A DNA stretch of 54,387 nt, from the NCBI RefSeq assembly GCF_034927525.1, contig NZ_JAYFPU010000206.1, positions 1 to 54,387 on the forward strand, read 5' to 3'. Positions 1-8,187 of the stretch are shown piece after piece (position 1 is the stretch's first letter; each line of letters begins with the position of its first letter). This DNA is from Christensenella sp. Lineage in GTDB: Bacteria > Bacillota > Clostridia > Christensenellales > Christensenellaceae. The notes beneath the pieces are model-generated. The model was not told the DNA's origin. It made no database searches and was given only the letters and a program-made list of their open reading frames with translations. The translations under genes were made by a program, and so were the position numbers.

Positions 1-1595
1 AAGTTCACGTTTTTGAATTCCAGCAGCCCTTTGGGGTCTGTAAACTTTGTAGGATTTTTGGGATCCCTGATCTGCGGCTCCGTATCCAGCACGTCCGCGA
101 TGCGTTGGGCGGAAACGGAAGCGCGCGGCAGCATGATGAACATCATGGACATCATCAAAAATGCCATGATGATCTGCATCGCGTATTGGATGAACGCCAT
201 CATATCGCCCACCTGCATAGAGGAGGCCGCGATCTGGTTGGCGCCGACCCAAATGATGAGCACGGATATGCCGTTCATGATCAGCATCATGATGGGCATC
301 ATCAGCACCATCGCCCTGTTGACGAACAACGAGTTTTTGGTCAAGTCTACGTTTGCCTTGTCGAAACGGTCAAGCTCAAATTTCTGCGTGTTGAACGCGC
401 GAATGACCATCAGTCCAGACAGGCTCTCGCGCATAACGAGGTTCAGACGGTCGACCAGGCTTTGCATCTTTTTGAACTTGGGCATGACGACCGCAAAGAT
501 CGAGCCGATGAACCCAAGCAGCACGACGACCGCAAGCGCGATGATCCACGACATGGAAACGCTCTTATTGAGCGCCATGATGACGCCACCCACGCCCATG
601 ATCGGCGCATAGATGACCATACGGATCATCAGGATGAGCACCATCTGTATCTGCGTCACGTCGTTTGTGTTGCGTGTAATGAGCGACGCTGTCGAAAATT
701 TATCGAATTCCACGTTGGAGAAATTCTCCACCTTGGTGAACGTCTTTTCGCGCAGGTCGCGCGCAACGCCCGATCCGGTTTTTGCCGCCAGCAGCCCGAC
801 GACAACGGTACACGCCGCAGAGCCGAGCGCCAGTAAAAGCATCATCGCGCCATTGCTCCAAATGTAATCCTGCTGGAGCTTCATGGTATCGAGGCCGAGC
901 GCCGCGTATTCGCTTTTCACCGCCGGGATCGCCATCTGCGCGAGCATGCTTGCGTCCATATTGCCAAGCTTCTCATCGAGCAGGCTGTCTAACGCCTGGT
1001 ATACCGGCTGTGCATCCGGATAGGCGTTGAGCGCGTCAAAAAAGCCCGTTCCCTCCGGCTGCTGCGCATAAAACGCCATGAACTGCATCACCGCAGGCGG
1101 GATCGCCGCAGTTTTTTCCGTTCCATCCTCGTTTTGCTGCTTGTCGAGCGCAATGGTGTCCGAGCCACTCTTTTCCGCTTCTATGACCTGGTCGATCGCA
1201 CTGATCGATGCAAATGGACGCGAAAAGGCTCCGCCAAGCTTCAGCTGCGTCGCTTCGTCCACCTTGTTTTCCACATAGATGTTTTCATTTTCGAGCGCCG
1301 GATATTCCTTTAAATAGGTATTATAATCCGCGCTGTCTTTTGTCACAAGCGTATAATTTGCCTGTACCAGTTCCTTTTGGCCGTCCTCCATGAACGCCTG
1401 CAGGGTATTCATTGTCCCCTCGCTCACCGCTTTTGGCGCCGCGCTTTCGATTCCGCCCTGTTGTATGCCGGTATCTACGATCTTCGACATATAATTAGGA
1501 AGCGATAGGTCACAGTACGCCTGCCCGAAGAGCAATATGACCGCCGCCACTATGAGCGCGGCATAAGGCTTCAAATATTTCAATATGCGCCTCAT
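1..1595 (-). CDS. ABC exporter, fused permease/ATP-binding subunit (multidrug type); runs off the window start
   Basis: Not in the ORF track; read manually. ATG at 1595 gives MRRILKYLKPYAALIVAAVILLFGQAYCDLSLPNYMSKIVD, typical of ABC_membrane TM1. The same frame ends ...GLLEFKNVNF at the window edge, the start of the NBD. Confidence 0.88.
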   Translation of the reverse strand, partial: MRRILKYLKPYAALIVAAVILLFGQAYCDLSLPNYMSKIVDTGIQQGGIESAAPKAVSEGTMNTLQAFMEDGQKELVQANYTLVTKDSADYNTYLKEYPALENENIYVENKVDEATQLKLGGAFSRPFASISAIDQVIEAEKSGSDTIALDKQQNEDGTEKTAAIPPAVMQFMAFYAQQPEGTGFFDALNAYPDAQPVYQALDSLLDEKLGNMDASMLAQMAIPAVKSEYAALGLDTMKLQQDYIWSNGAMMLLLALGSAACTVVVGLLAAKTGSGVARDLREKTFTKVENFSNVEFDKFSTASLITRNTNDVTQIQMVLILMIRMVIYAPIMGVGGVIMALNKSVSMSWIIALAVVVLLGFIGSIFAVVMPKFKKMQSLVDRLNLVMRESLSGLMVIRAFNTQKFELDRFDKANVDLTKNSLFVNRAMVLMMPIMMLIMNGISVLIIWVGANQIAASSMQVGDMMAFIQYAMQIIMAFLMMSMMFIMLPRASVSAQRIADVLDTEPQIRDPKNPTKFTDPKGLLEFKNVN

Positions 1596-1646
1596 AAGTT
1601 CCCTCTTTCCTCTCTCTTTATTAAAATAAAAACTTTTCAATTTACC

Positions 1647-1722
1647 TATGATACCGCGGTTGCATAATAATGTCAATATGTTTTTAAAAAACATTGACAC
1701 GGTTGCATAATTATGATAAGTT
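1647..1722. promoter_or_regulatory. Divergent sigma70 promoters with putative TetR operators
   Basis: Minus strand: TTGACA 1676-1671, 17 bp, TATCAT 1653-1648. Plus strand: TTGACA 1694-1699, 17 bp, TAAGTT 1717-1722 with TG extension. CGGTTGCATAAT occurs in both spacers (1657-1668, 1700-1711). Confidence 0.65.
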
Positions 1723-1755
1723 CAGTAGTAAAGTGCTATAGAAGGAAGTATCGTC

Positions 1756-2454
1756 ATGGCTGAAAGAAATACCAAAGCAAGAATCAAACAGATCGGGCTG
1801 AACCTGTTTCGGGAGCGGGGTTTTGAGGATGTCACCATCAACGAAATCTGCGAAGCAAGCGGGGTCAATAAACATACCTTCTATTATTATTTCAAGTCCA
1901 AGGACGATCTTTTAGACGACTTCCACGAGATGAATTACGACATCAACACCGAATACTTTATGCAGATACTCAACGCCGAAAATTTCGTAGAACAATTATG
2001 GTTTTCTTATAAACCGTTCTTTGAGCATCTTAACCACTCCGGCACAGAGATCGCACGCCAGCTTTTCATTAAAAACTTGAACCGCGACGTTGGTACGTTC
2101 CGCATCGACGAACGCCGGGACGCTTCGCTAAAATTACAACAGGATATTATTGAAAAAGCGCAGGAAGCAGGCGAAATGCGTAATTCGTCCGACCCTAAAA
2201 TGCTGCTTTCCCTCATGCACCAGTCGCTGATGAGCACGGCGTTTGCATGGGTCATGTCGGGCGGCAAATTCCAGTTCGATGAGGCGGCGCGCGCAGAAAT
2301 GGAAGTTTTGCTCGACGTGAAACCCGCGCTGCGAAAAGCGGAGCACGTAGACCTTGACGCGATCTGGCGCGACTGGGAGCACAACCGCAAAAACATGCGC
2401 GAGATGCACAGGCATTGCCATCCGCCGCGTCGCGAGACCCCAAAAGGAGAATGA
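1756..2454 (+). CDS. TetR/AcrR family transcriptional regulator
   Basis: N-terminal LFRERGFEDVTINEICEASGVNKHTFYYYFKSKDDL helix-turn-helix; SD gaagga upstream. Confidence 0.93.
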   Translation: MAERNTKARIKQIGLNLFRERGFEDVTINEICEASGVNKHTFYYYFKSKDDLLDDFHEMNYDINTEYFMQILNAENFVEQLWFSYKPFFEHLNHSGTEIARQLFIKNLNRDVGTFRIDERRDASLKLQQDIIEKAQEAGEMRNSSDPKMLLSLMHQSLMSTAFAWVMSGGKFQFDEAARAEMEVLLDVKPALRKAEHVDLDAIWRDWEHNRKNMREMHRHCHPPRRETPKGE

Positions 2455-2458
2455 TTTT

Positions 2459-3226
2459 ATGGATATCACAGCCATCTATTTCAGCCCTACGGGCGGAACA
2501 AAACAATATGTGCAAAAAATTGCCGGGGCGCTTGGGGAAACATACGCCAGCCTCGACCTTTCTGATCGCGAGACCCGTCTGCGCGAGCATACTTTTTCAA
2601 AAGACGACCTCGTTGTGATCGGCGTGCCTGTATATTACGGCAGGGTGGTGCAGATCGATAACGGGCTGCTTAAACGCCTGCACGGCGACGGTACGCGCGC
2701 CATCCTTGTCGCGGTGTATGGTAACCGCGCATTCGACGACGCGCTGTTAGAGCTTTCAGATTTATGCGCCAAGCAGGATTTTGTTACGGCGGCGGCATTT
2801 ACAGGCATTGCGCAGCACACGTTTTCTGAGAAGATCGCAACAGGCAGGCCGAATGCGGACGATCTTTTGGAGGCGGAGCGCTTTGCACAGGCATGCAAGG
2901 ACAAGCTTTCTGCCGGTGGCGACGTCAGAGGCCCTGTACTGCCGGGCAACCATCCCTACCGCCCGTATGGCAGCGTGCCCTTCGCGCCCAGGGGAGATAA
3001 CTCGTGCACAAGCTGCGGCGTATGTGCAAAGATCTGTCCGGCAGGAGCGATCGATCCGACAGAACTCAAAAAAACGGACACAAAAAAATGTATCCGCTGC
3101 TTTGCCTGCATCAAGGTTTGCCCGGTCGGCGTGCGCAAGGTCACGAGTCCTGTATACCGCATCGCGGTCAAAAAGTTAGAGGACAACCTGACGAAGCTCG
3201 ACCGCCAGTGCGAGAGCTTCCTATAG
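2459..3226 (+). CDS. Flavodoxin-fold plus 2x[4Fe-4S] ferredoxin protein (EFR1-like)
   Basis: YFSPTGGT flavodoxin loop and VYGNR; two CxxCxxCxxxCP motifs. Start moved to ATG 2459 after SD aaggag. Confidence 0.88.
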   Translation: MDITAIYFSPTGGTKQYVQKIAGALGETYASLDLSDRETRLREHTFSKDDLVVIGVPVYYGRVVQIDNGLLKRLHGDGTRAILVAVYGNRAFDDALLELSDLCAKQDFVTAAAFTGIAQHTFSEKIATGRPNADDLLEAERFAQACKDKLSAGGDVRGPVLPGNHPYRPYGSVPFAPRGDNSCTSCGVCAKICPAGAIDPTELKKTDTKKCIRCFACIKVCPVGVRKVTSPVYRIAVKKLEDNLTKLDRQCESFL

Positions 3227-3428
3227 AGGGCGTTATAGCGTGCCGAATCCGGCGGAGTCACGTCGGTGTTTGCAGGAGCGAGTTTTTGCGAAGCAAAACC
3301 CGAGCGAGTTGCGAACAGCCGTGACGACTGGCGGTAACAAGAAGACGGTGAGCCATCCAAGACTGCGGTAAGCTCCGTCGATAGGAAGCATGGCAGGCGC
3401 GGTCTTCGTTCAATCTGGTACGCCCCTA
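3224..3428 (+). other. Structured ~200-nt intergenic element (MITE/REP-like or ncRNA) between convergent stop codons
   Basis: Imperfect terminal inverted repeats TAGAGGGCGT / ACGCCCCTA; nested stems 3250-3257/3373-3380, 3258-3262/3320-3324, 3267-3274/3310-3317; apical TTTTGC-GAA-GCAAAA. Confidence 0.55.
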
Positions 3429-3638
3429 GCGGCGTTTTTTTATTTGCAGCACATCGTAGGGCTTACCCGCAAGCTCTGCCGCCTCGCCCACAGCTTCCAC
3501 AAACCAGCTCGCTTCGTTGGCGACAATGACCACGGCGTGATCCGCCTCCAAAAGGGCGCACTCCGGCGGAACCAGTACCTTCATTGTATTATAATGCTCG
3601 ATTTCTATTTCATCGTCTGTAAATAATAGGATTTTCAT
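3426..3638 (-). CDS. Small hypothetical protein (70 aa)
   Basis: ATG 3638 with GGGAGG SD about 10 nt upstream; MKILLFTDDEIEIEHY...; no recognised motif. Confidence 0.6.
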   Translation of the reverse strand: MKILLFTDDEIEIEHYNTMKVLVPPECALLEADHAVVIVANEASWFVEAVGEAAELAGKPYDVLQIKKRR

Positions 3639-3757
3639 CAAATGTAACCTCCCTTTGAATTCATAATAAATGATATTTGCATTCATTCTTCACATTCGAA
3701 TGATAAATACAGTTACAATAGATATAAAGTGAATTCATAAGGAAACCGGATATAGAA

Positions 3758-3955
3758 ATGAGCGGAAAACACCTTGTGCAAATGACATCCAAAACTATGG
3801 GATCAACTTATACCCTAAGATTGTCACGCGAATTGCTCGACAAGCTTCATTATGTTGCGAGCTACGATGGGCGTTCCGCCAATATGGAGATCGTCCAACT
3901 AATTAAAGAGCACGTCGCGGAATTTGAGGCAAAGCACGGCAAAATCAATGACTGA
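3758..3955 (+). CDS. Arc-family ribbon-helix-helix DNA-binding protein
   Basis: YTLRLSRELLDKLHYVASYDGRSANMEIVQLI matches the Arc/RHH pattern (beta-strand, helix, GRS-N-EI helix). Confidence 0.8.
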   Translation: MSGKHLVQMTSKTMGSTYTLRLSRELLDKLHYVASYDGRSANMEIVQLIKEHVAEFEAKHGKIND

Positions 3956-3962
3956 TCCACAT

Positions 3963-3986
3963 AAAACGCCGCTTGCGGCGTTTTTT
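3963..3986 (+). terminator. Intrinsic terminator
   Basis: AAAACGCCGC-TT-GCGGCGTTTTTT directly after the Arc gene. Confidence 0.8.
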
Positions 3987-4012
3987 AATGTTTTCTTTTT
4001 ATGAAATAGTTA

Positions 4013-4082
4013 TTGACTTTTCTTTTTATTAGCAATACAATATCTATGGGTTAATTAAATTTAACTACACAGTATATTGTGT
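4013..4082 (+). promoter_or_regulatory. nrdD promoter with tandem NrdR boxes
   Basis: TTGACT 4013-4018, 17 bp, TACAAT 4036-4041. ACACAGTATATTGTGT (4067-4082) fits the NrdR consensus acaCwAtATaTwGtgt; a weaker box at 4035-4050 lies 32 bp upstream. Confidence 0.75.
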
Positions 4083-4083
4083 C

Positions 4084-4245
4084 TTGCAGGTGATCCTCAT
4101 GGGATCACAATTGGGAAGACGGGTGCAATTCCCGCGCGGTCCCGCCGCTGTAAGAGCGTAGCTGCACGCAAAGTGCCACTGGGGGTAACACTTTGGGAAG
4201 GCGTGTGCGGCGTTATCATGCTCGAGCCAGAAGACCAGCCTGCAA
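4084..4245 (+). ncRNA. Cobalamin (B12) riboswitch
   Basis: Core motifs AGGTG...GGGAA..GGGTGCAATTCCC..GCGGTCCCGCCGCTGTAA...GCCACTG...TGGGAAGG...GAGCCAGAAGACCAGCC; P1 TTGCAGG/CCTGCAA; sits in the nrdD 5' UTR. Confidence 0.93.
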
Positions 4246-4285
4246 CGGTTACTCAAATACTGCCACGGAGTATGGCAAAGGAGTC

Positions 4286-4312
4286 AAGCGCTCTTTGTCC
4301 GGGCGTTTTTTT
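4286..4312 (+). terminator. Putative riboswitch expression-platform terminator
   Basis: AAGCGCTC/GGGCGTTT stem followed by a T run, between the aptamer and the nrdD start. Confidence 0.55.
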
Positions 4313-4375
4313 ATTCTTACGCTTTATCCGCACTCATCATACATCCGCACTCATCATACACAAGGAGAAAGAATC

Positions 4376-6475
4376 ATGATCACACAACTCAAAAAAAGAG
4401 ACGGAAGCACACAGGCTTTCCAAAAAGAAAAAATTACATGGGCAATCTTCAAGGCCGTTACCGCAGTAGGCGGCGACGATTTTGATACCGCGCAAAAAAT
4501 CAGCGACGACGTTGTCGATCTTGCGAACCTGCAATTAAAATCTGACACTGCCGACGTTGAGCAGATACAGGATCTTGTGGAAAAAGTCCTCATTGAGGGC
4601 GGACACGCAAAGACGGCCAAGGCCTACATCCTCTACCGCGAAAAACGCCGTGCCGCAAGGGAATCAAACGCCCTTATCGGCGCGACGATCGATATGTTCT
4701 CCGATTACCTGGACGACAAAGACTGGCAGATCAAGGAAAACGCCAACACGCAAAAATCCATCAACGGCATGAACAACTATGTGCGCGAAACGTTCACCAA
4801 GCAATACTGGCTGCACGAAATCTATCCGCAGGAGGTGCGCGAGGCGCATACAGGCGGCGATTTCCACATCCACGACCTTGGCTTTTTCGGCCCCTATTGC
4901 GCGGGCTGGGATTTGAAGCAGCTTTTGATGGACGGGTTCGGCGGCGTTCCGGGCAAGGTAGAATCTTCCCCCGCGAACCACCTGCGTTCCTTCCTTGGGC
5001 AAGTCGTGAATTCCACATTCACCACGCAGGGCGAGACAGCAGGCGCACAGGCGTGGTCTTCCATCGACACCTATTGCGCGCCGTTCATCCGTTACGACAA
5101 TATGACCAAAAAAGAAGTCAAACAGGCGCTGCAGGAGTTCATTTTTAACATCAACGTGCCTACGCGCGTGGGCTTCCAATGCCCGTTTTCCAACCTGACG
5201 TTCGATATCGTCGTGCCGCGCACCTTAAAGGACGAGGCTGTGATCACGGGCGGCAAGGTGCGCAGGGAAACATACGGAGACTTCCAGAAGGAAATGGATT
5301 TGTTCAACGAATGCTTCTGCGAGGTCATGCTGGAGGGCGATTCCAAGGGACGCGTTTTCACCTTCCCTATCCCCACCATCAACGTAACGAACGAATTTGA
5401 CTGGGACAGCCCGGTGGTCAACAAATTTATGGAGATCACCTGCAAATACGGCATCCCTTATTTTTCAAACTATATCAATTCTGACTTAAGCCCGGAGGAT
5501 GCGCTTTCCATGTGCTGCCGTCTGCGACTCGATACAAAGGAGCTTAGGAAGCGCGGCGGCGGCCTGTTCGGTTCCAACCCCATGACAGGCTCGATCGGCG
5601 TTGTGACCATCAATTTGCCGCGCATCGGCTATCTCGCCAAATCCGAGGGAGAATTTAAGGCCAGACTTTGGCAGCTTGTGATGACGGCGAAAAACAGCCT
5701 CGAGATCAAGCGTAAGATCATCGAAGACCAGACAGACAAAAGGCTTTATCCGTTCTCTGCACATTACCTGCGTAACATCAAAATGCGCACCGACCAGTAT
5801 TGGTTCAACCACTTCAATACGATCGGCGTACTGGGTATGAACGAAGCGCTTTTGAATTTCTTTGGCGACGGCACAGACCTGACCACGGAAAAAGGACAGG
5901 AATTTGCCGTATCCATCATGAATTATCTGCGCGACCTGATGACGCAGATACAGGAGGAAACAGGCCATTTCTACAACCTTGAGGCAACACCCGCAGAGGG
6001 TACGAGCTACCGCTTAGCGGAGCTTGATAAAAAGAAATATCCTGAAATCATTTGCGCAGGAGACGAAAAGGTTCCTTATTATACGAACTCCACGCAGCTG
6101 CCCGTCGGTTTTACGGACGATATCTTTGAGACGATGGACTTGCAGGACGAGTTGCAAAGTCTTTATACGGGCGGTACGGTTTTGCACCTTTACATGGGCG
6201 AGCGCATTTCCGACGTAGAGGTCGCCAAAAAACTGATCCGTAAAATCTTTACAAATTACAAGCTGCCGTATATTTCCTTAACGCCCACCTTCTCTATTTG
6301 CCAGGAGCACGGATATCTTGACGGCGAGCAGTTTTCCTGCCCTGAATGCGGCAGCGATACGGAGGTATGGAGCCGCGTGGTCGGTTACCTGCGTCCGGTG
6401 CAGAACTTCCACAAGGGCAAAAAGATGGAATACGACGAGCGCATCAAATACACGGTCAAGGAAAAGAGTCTGTGA
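4376..6475 (+). CDS. nrdD: Anaerobic (class III) ribonucleoside-triphosphate reductase
   Basis: N-terminal ATP cone (KKRDG...AKAYILYR), IHDL, SMCCRL, EATPAE, C-terminal CxxH...CPxC Zn site and RVVGY glycyl-radical loop. Start moved to ATG 4376 after SD aaggag. Confidence 0.96.
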   Translation: MITQLKKRDGSTQAFQKEKITWAIFKAVTAVGGDDFDTAQKISDDVVDLANLQLKSDTADVEQIQDLVEKVLIEGGHAKTAKAYILYREKRRAARESNALIGATIDMFSDYLDDKDWQIKENANTQKSINGMNNYVRETFTKQYWLHEIYPQEVREAHTGGDFHIHDLGFFGPYCAGWDLKQLLMDGFGGVPGKVESSPANHLRSFLGQVVNSTFTTQGETAGAQAWSSIDTYCAPFIRYDNMTKKEVKQALQEFIFNINVPTRVGFQCPFSNLTFDIVVPRTLKDEAVITGGKVRRETYGDFQKEMDLFNECFCEVMLEGDSKGRVFTFPIPTINVTNEFDWDSPVVNKFMEITCKYGIPYFSNYINSDLSPEDALSMCCRLRLDTKELRKRGGGLFGSNPMTGSIGVVTINLPRIGYLAKSEGEFKARLWQLVMTAKNSLEIKRKIIEDQTDKRLYPFSAHYLRNIKMRTDQYWFNHFNTIGVLGMNEALLNFFGDGTDLTTEKGQEFAVSIMNYLRDLMTQIQEETGHFYNLEATPAEGTSYRLAELDKKKYPEIICAGDEKVPYYTNSTQLPVGFTDDIFETMDLQDELQSLYTGGTVLHLYMGERISDVEVAKKLIRKIFTNYKLPYISLTPTFSICQEHGYLDGEQFSCPECGSDTEVWSRVVGYLRPVQNFHKGKKMEYDERIKYTVKEKSL

Positions 6476-7137
6476 ACATTGCCGGGCTACTGAAAACGGC
6501 AACCATCGATTTTCCCCACCGGCTGGCGGCAGTTGTCTTTACGGCAGGGTGCAATTACGATTGCGGCTTTTGCCACAACCGCGGGCTGCTCACGACGACG
6601 GATTTCATGGACAATGACGAGGTCATGGCATTCTTAAAAAAGCGCGCAGGACTGCTTGACGGTATCGTGCTTTCAGGCGGCGAGCCTACGCTGCAAAAGG
6701 ATATCGTACCTTTTGCGGAAGGTCTCAAAGAGCTTGGATACGACGTGAAGCTAGATACCAACGGCAGCTCTCCCCCTGTGGTGCGCACGCTGCTCGACCG
6801 TAAGCTCGTTGATTATGTCGCGATGGACTACAAGGCGCCCTTTGCGCGTTATGCTGAAATCTGTCGCGGACAGGGCGACAGCGCTCCCGTACTTGAAACG
6901 CTCGATATATTGTTTGAGTCGAACATCGAGTGGGAGCTGCGCACAACGGTGATCCCGCAGCTTAAGCCCGCCGACCTGCAAACGATGGCGGATGAGGTCG
7001 ATACGCTTCCCGCTTATGCGCTGCAGCTTTACCGGCCTGTTGGCATCGAGAAGCTGCGTATCTATACGCCAAACGAGATCGACTCCTTCGCCAAAGAATT
7101 ATCAAAAAGTCAACCAAACATCTTTTCCAGATGTTAA
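6472..7137 (+). CDS. nrdG: Anaerobic RNR activating radical-SAM enzyme
   Basis: GTG start overlapping the nrdD stop (GTGA); CNYDCGFC radical-SAM motif, SGGEP, KLDTNGS. Confidence 0.92.
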   Translation: MNIAGLLKTATIDFPHRLAAVVFTAGCNYDCGFCHNRGLLTTTDFMDNDEVMAFLKKRAGLLDGIVLSGGEPTLQKDIVPFAEGLKELGYDVKLDTNGSSPPVVRTLLDRKLVDYVAMDYKAPFARYAEICRGQGDSAPVLETLDILFESNIEWELRTTVIPQLKPADLQTMADEVDTLPAYALQLYRPVGIEKLRIYTPNEIDSFAKELSKSQPNIFSRC

Positions 7138-7139
7138 AC

Positions 7140-7178
7140 AAAAGAACCCCCCTGGTCATCGACCAGGGGGGTTCTTTT
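7140..7178. terminator. Bidirectional intrinsic terminator
   Basis: AAAAGAACCCCCCTGGTC-ATC-GACCAGGGGGGTTCTTTT perfect inverted repeat between convergent nrdG and permease. Confidence 0.9.
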
Positions 7179-7193
7179 TACTTATTCAGGTGG

Positions 7194-8171
7194 TTACTCT
7201 TTTGCCGCAACCATTTTCTTGCTGATTTTCTTTTTGCTACCACCAAGACTGTTTACAAGAACCGCCACATACAGCACGATACCTGTTACGATCTGCTGGA
7301 AGAAGGAATCGATGCCCATCATCTGCATCCCGTTGGTGAGGATCATCAGGATCAGCGTACCGATCACGACTCCGAGGATCGTGCCCTCGCCGCCCTTGAT
7401 GTTGACGCCGCCCAGTATAACGGCTGCAATGACGGAAAACTCCATGCCTACGCCGATGGTCGGGTCGGCAGAGCCGAGGCGCCCTACCTGCCACATACCA
7501 GAGAACGCAGCGATCGCGCCGCTCAGGATGAAGAAGATCATACGCATCTTAAATACGTTGATACCTGCGTAATATGCAGCACTGTCGTTGCCGCCGATCG
7601 CGATCGCATACTTCCCAAGAAGCGTTTTCTTCTCAAGGAAAATAAACAATAGGATCACAGCGACCACAATGAACAGCGCCAGCGGGATACCGTCAAAGAA
7701 TTTCATCGAGTTCCACGCCGTGATCGGCTTTACGAGCTCGTCACTGATCGGGATCGCGTTACACACCACGAGCGCCATACCCGCCGTGATGATCCACGTG
7801 GCAAGCGTCGCCATGATCGCCGGTATTTTCAGCTTTTCCATGATGACCGTATTAAGCACGCCGATGCCTGCGCCAAACACCATAATGATCGGGATCGCGA
7901 GCCACGGATTCACGCCCCAGATGCACAGGTAGCCGTAGAACATCGCCGAAAGCCCCATGATACCGCCGATTGACAAGTCGATCGCTCCGCTTGCGATGAC
8001 GAACATCATCGAGCAGGCAAGCAACAGGTTAGGCAGGCTTTGGCGAACCATGTTCATCATATTGCGCATGCTGATAAATTTATCATTCTGCGAGAAAAAG
8101 AACACGCATAATGCGATCAAAATGATCAAAAGGACAATATTTTGTTTTGAAGATCTTCCTAATTTACTCAT
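7194..8171 (-). CDS. Monosaccharide ABC transporter permease (RbsC family)
   Basis: IDLSIG, GKYAIAIGGN..AA..AGI, IAAVILGG...GGEG motifs; hydrophobic. Confidence 0.93.
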   Translation of the reverse strand: MSKLGRSSKQNIVLLIILIALCVFFFSQNDKFISMRNMMNMVRQSLPNLLLACSMMFVIASGAIDLSIGGIMGLSAMFYGYLCIWGVNPWLAIPIIMVFGAGIGVLNTVIMEKLKIPAIMATLATWIITAGMALVVCNAIPISDELVKPITAWNSMKFFDGIPLALFIVVAVILLFIFLEKKTLLGKYAIAIGGNDSAAYYAGINVFKMRMIFFILSGAIAAFSGMWQVGRLGSADPTIGVGMEFSVIAAVILGGVNIKGGEGTILGVVIGTLILMILTNGMQMMGIDSFFQQIVTGIVLYVAVLVNSLGGSKKKISKKMVAAKE

Positions 8172-8187
8172 TGTTCTTCCTCCCTCC

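Noticed and set aside
13-1393. Plus-strand ORFs (13..612, 105..836 and others)
   Set aside because: Antisense shadows of the minus-strand ABC exporter, which the ORF track missed because it has no stop in the window.
4065-4379. ORFs over the nrdD leader and the 61-codon N-terminal extension of ORF 4193
   Set aside because: They overlap the cobalamin riboswitch; the SD and ATP cone place the start at 4376.
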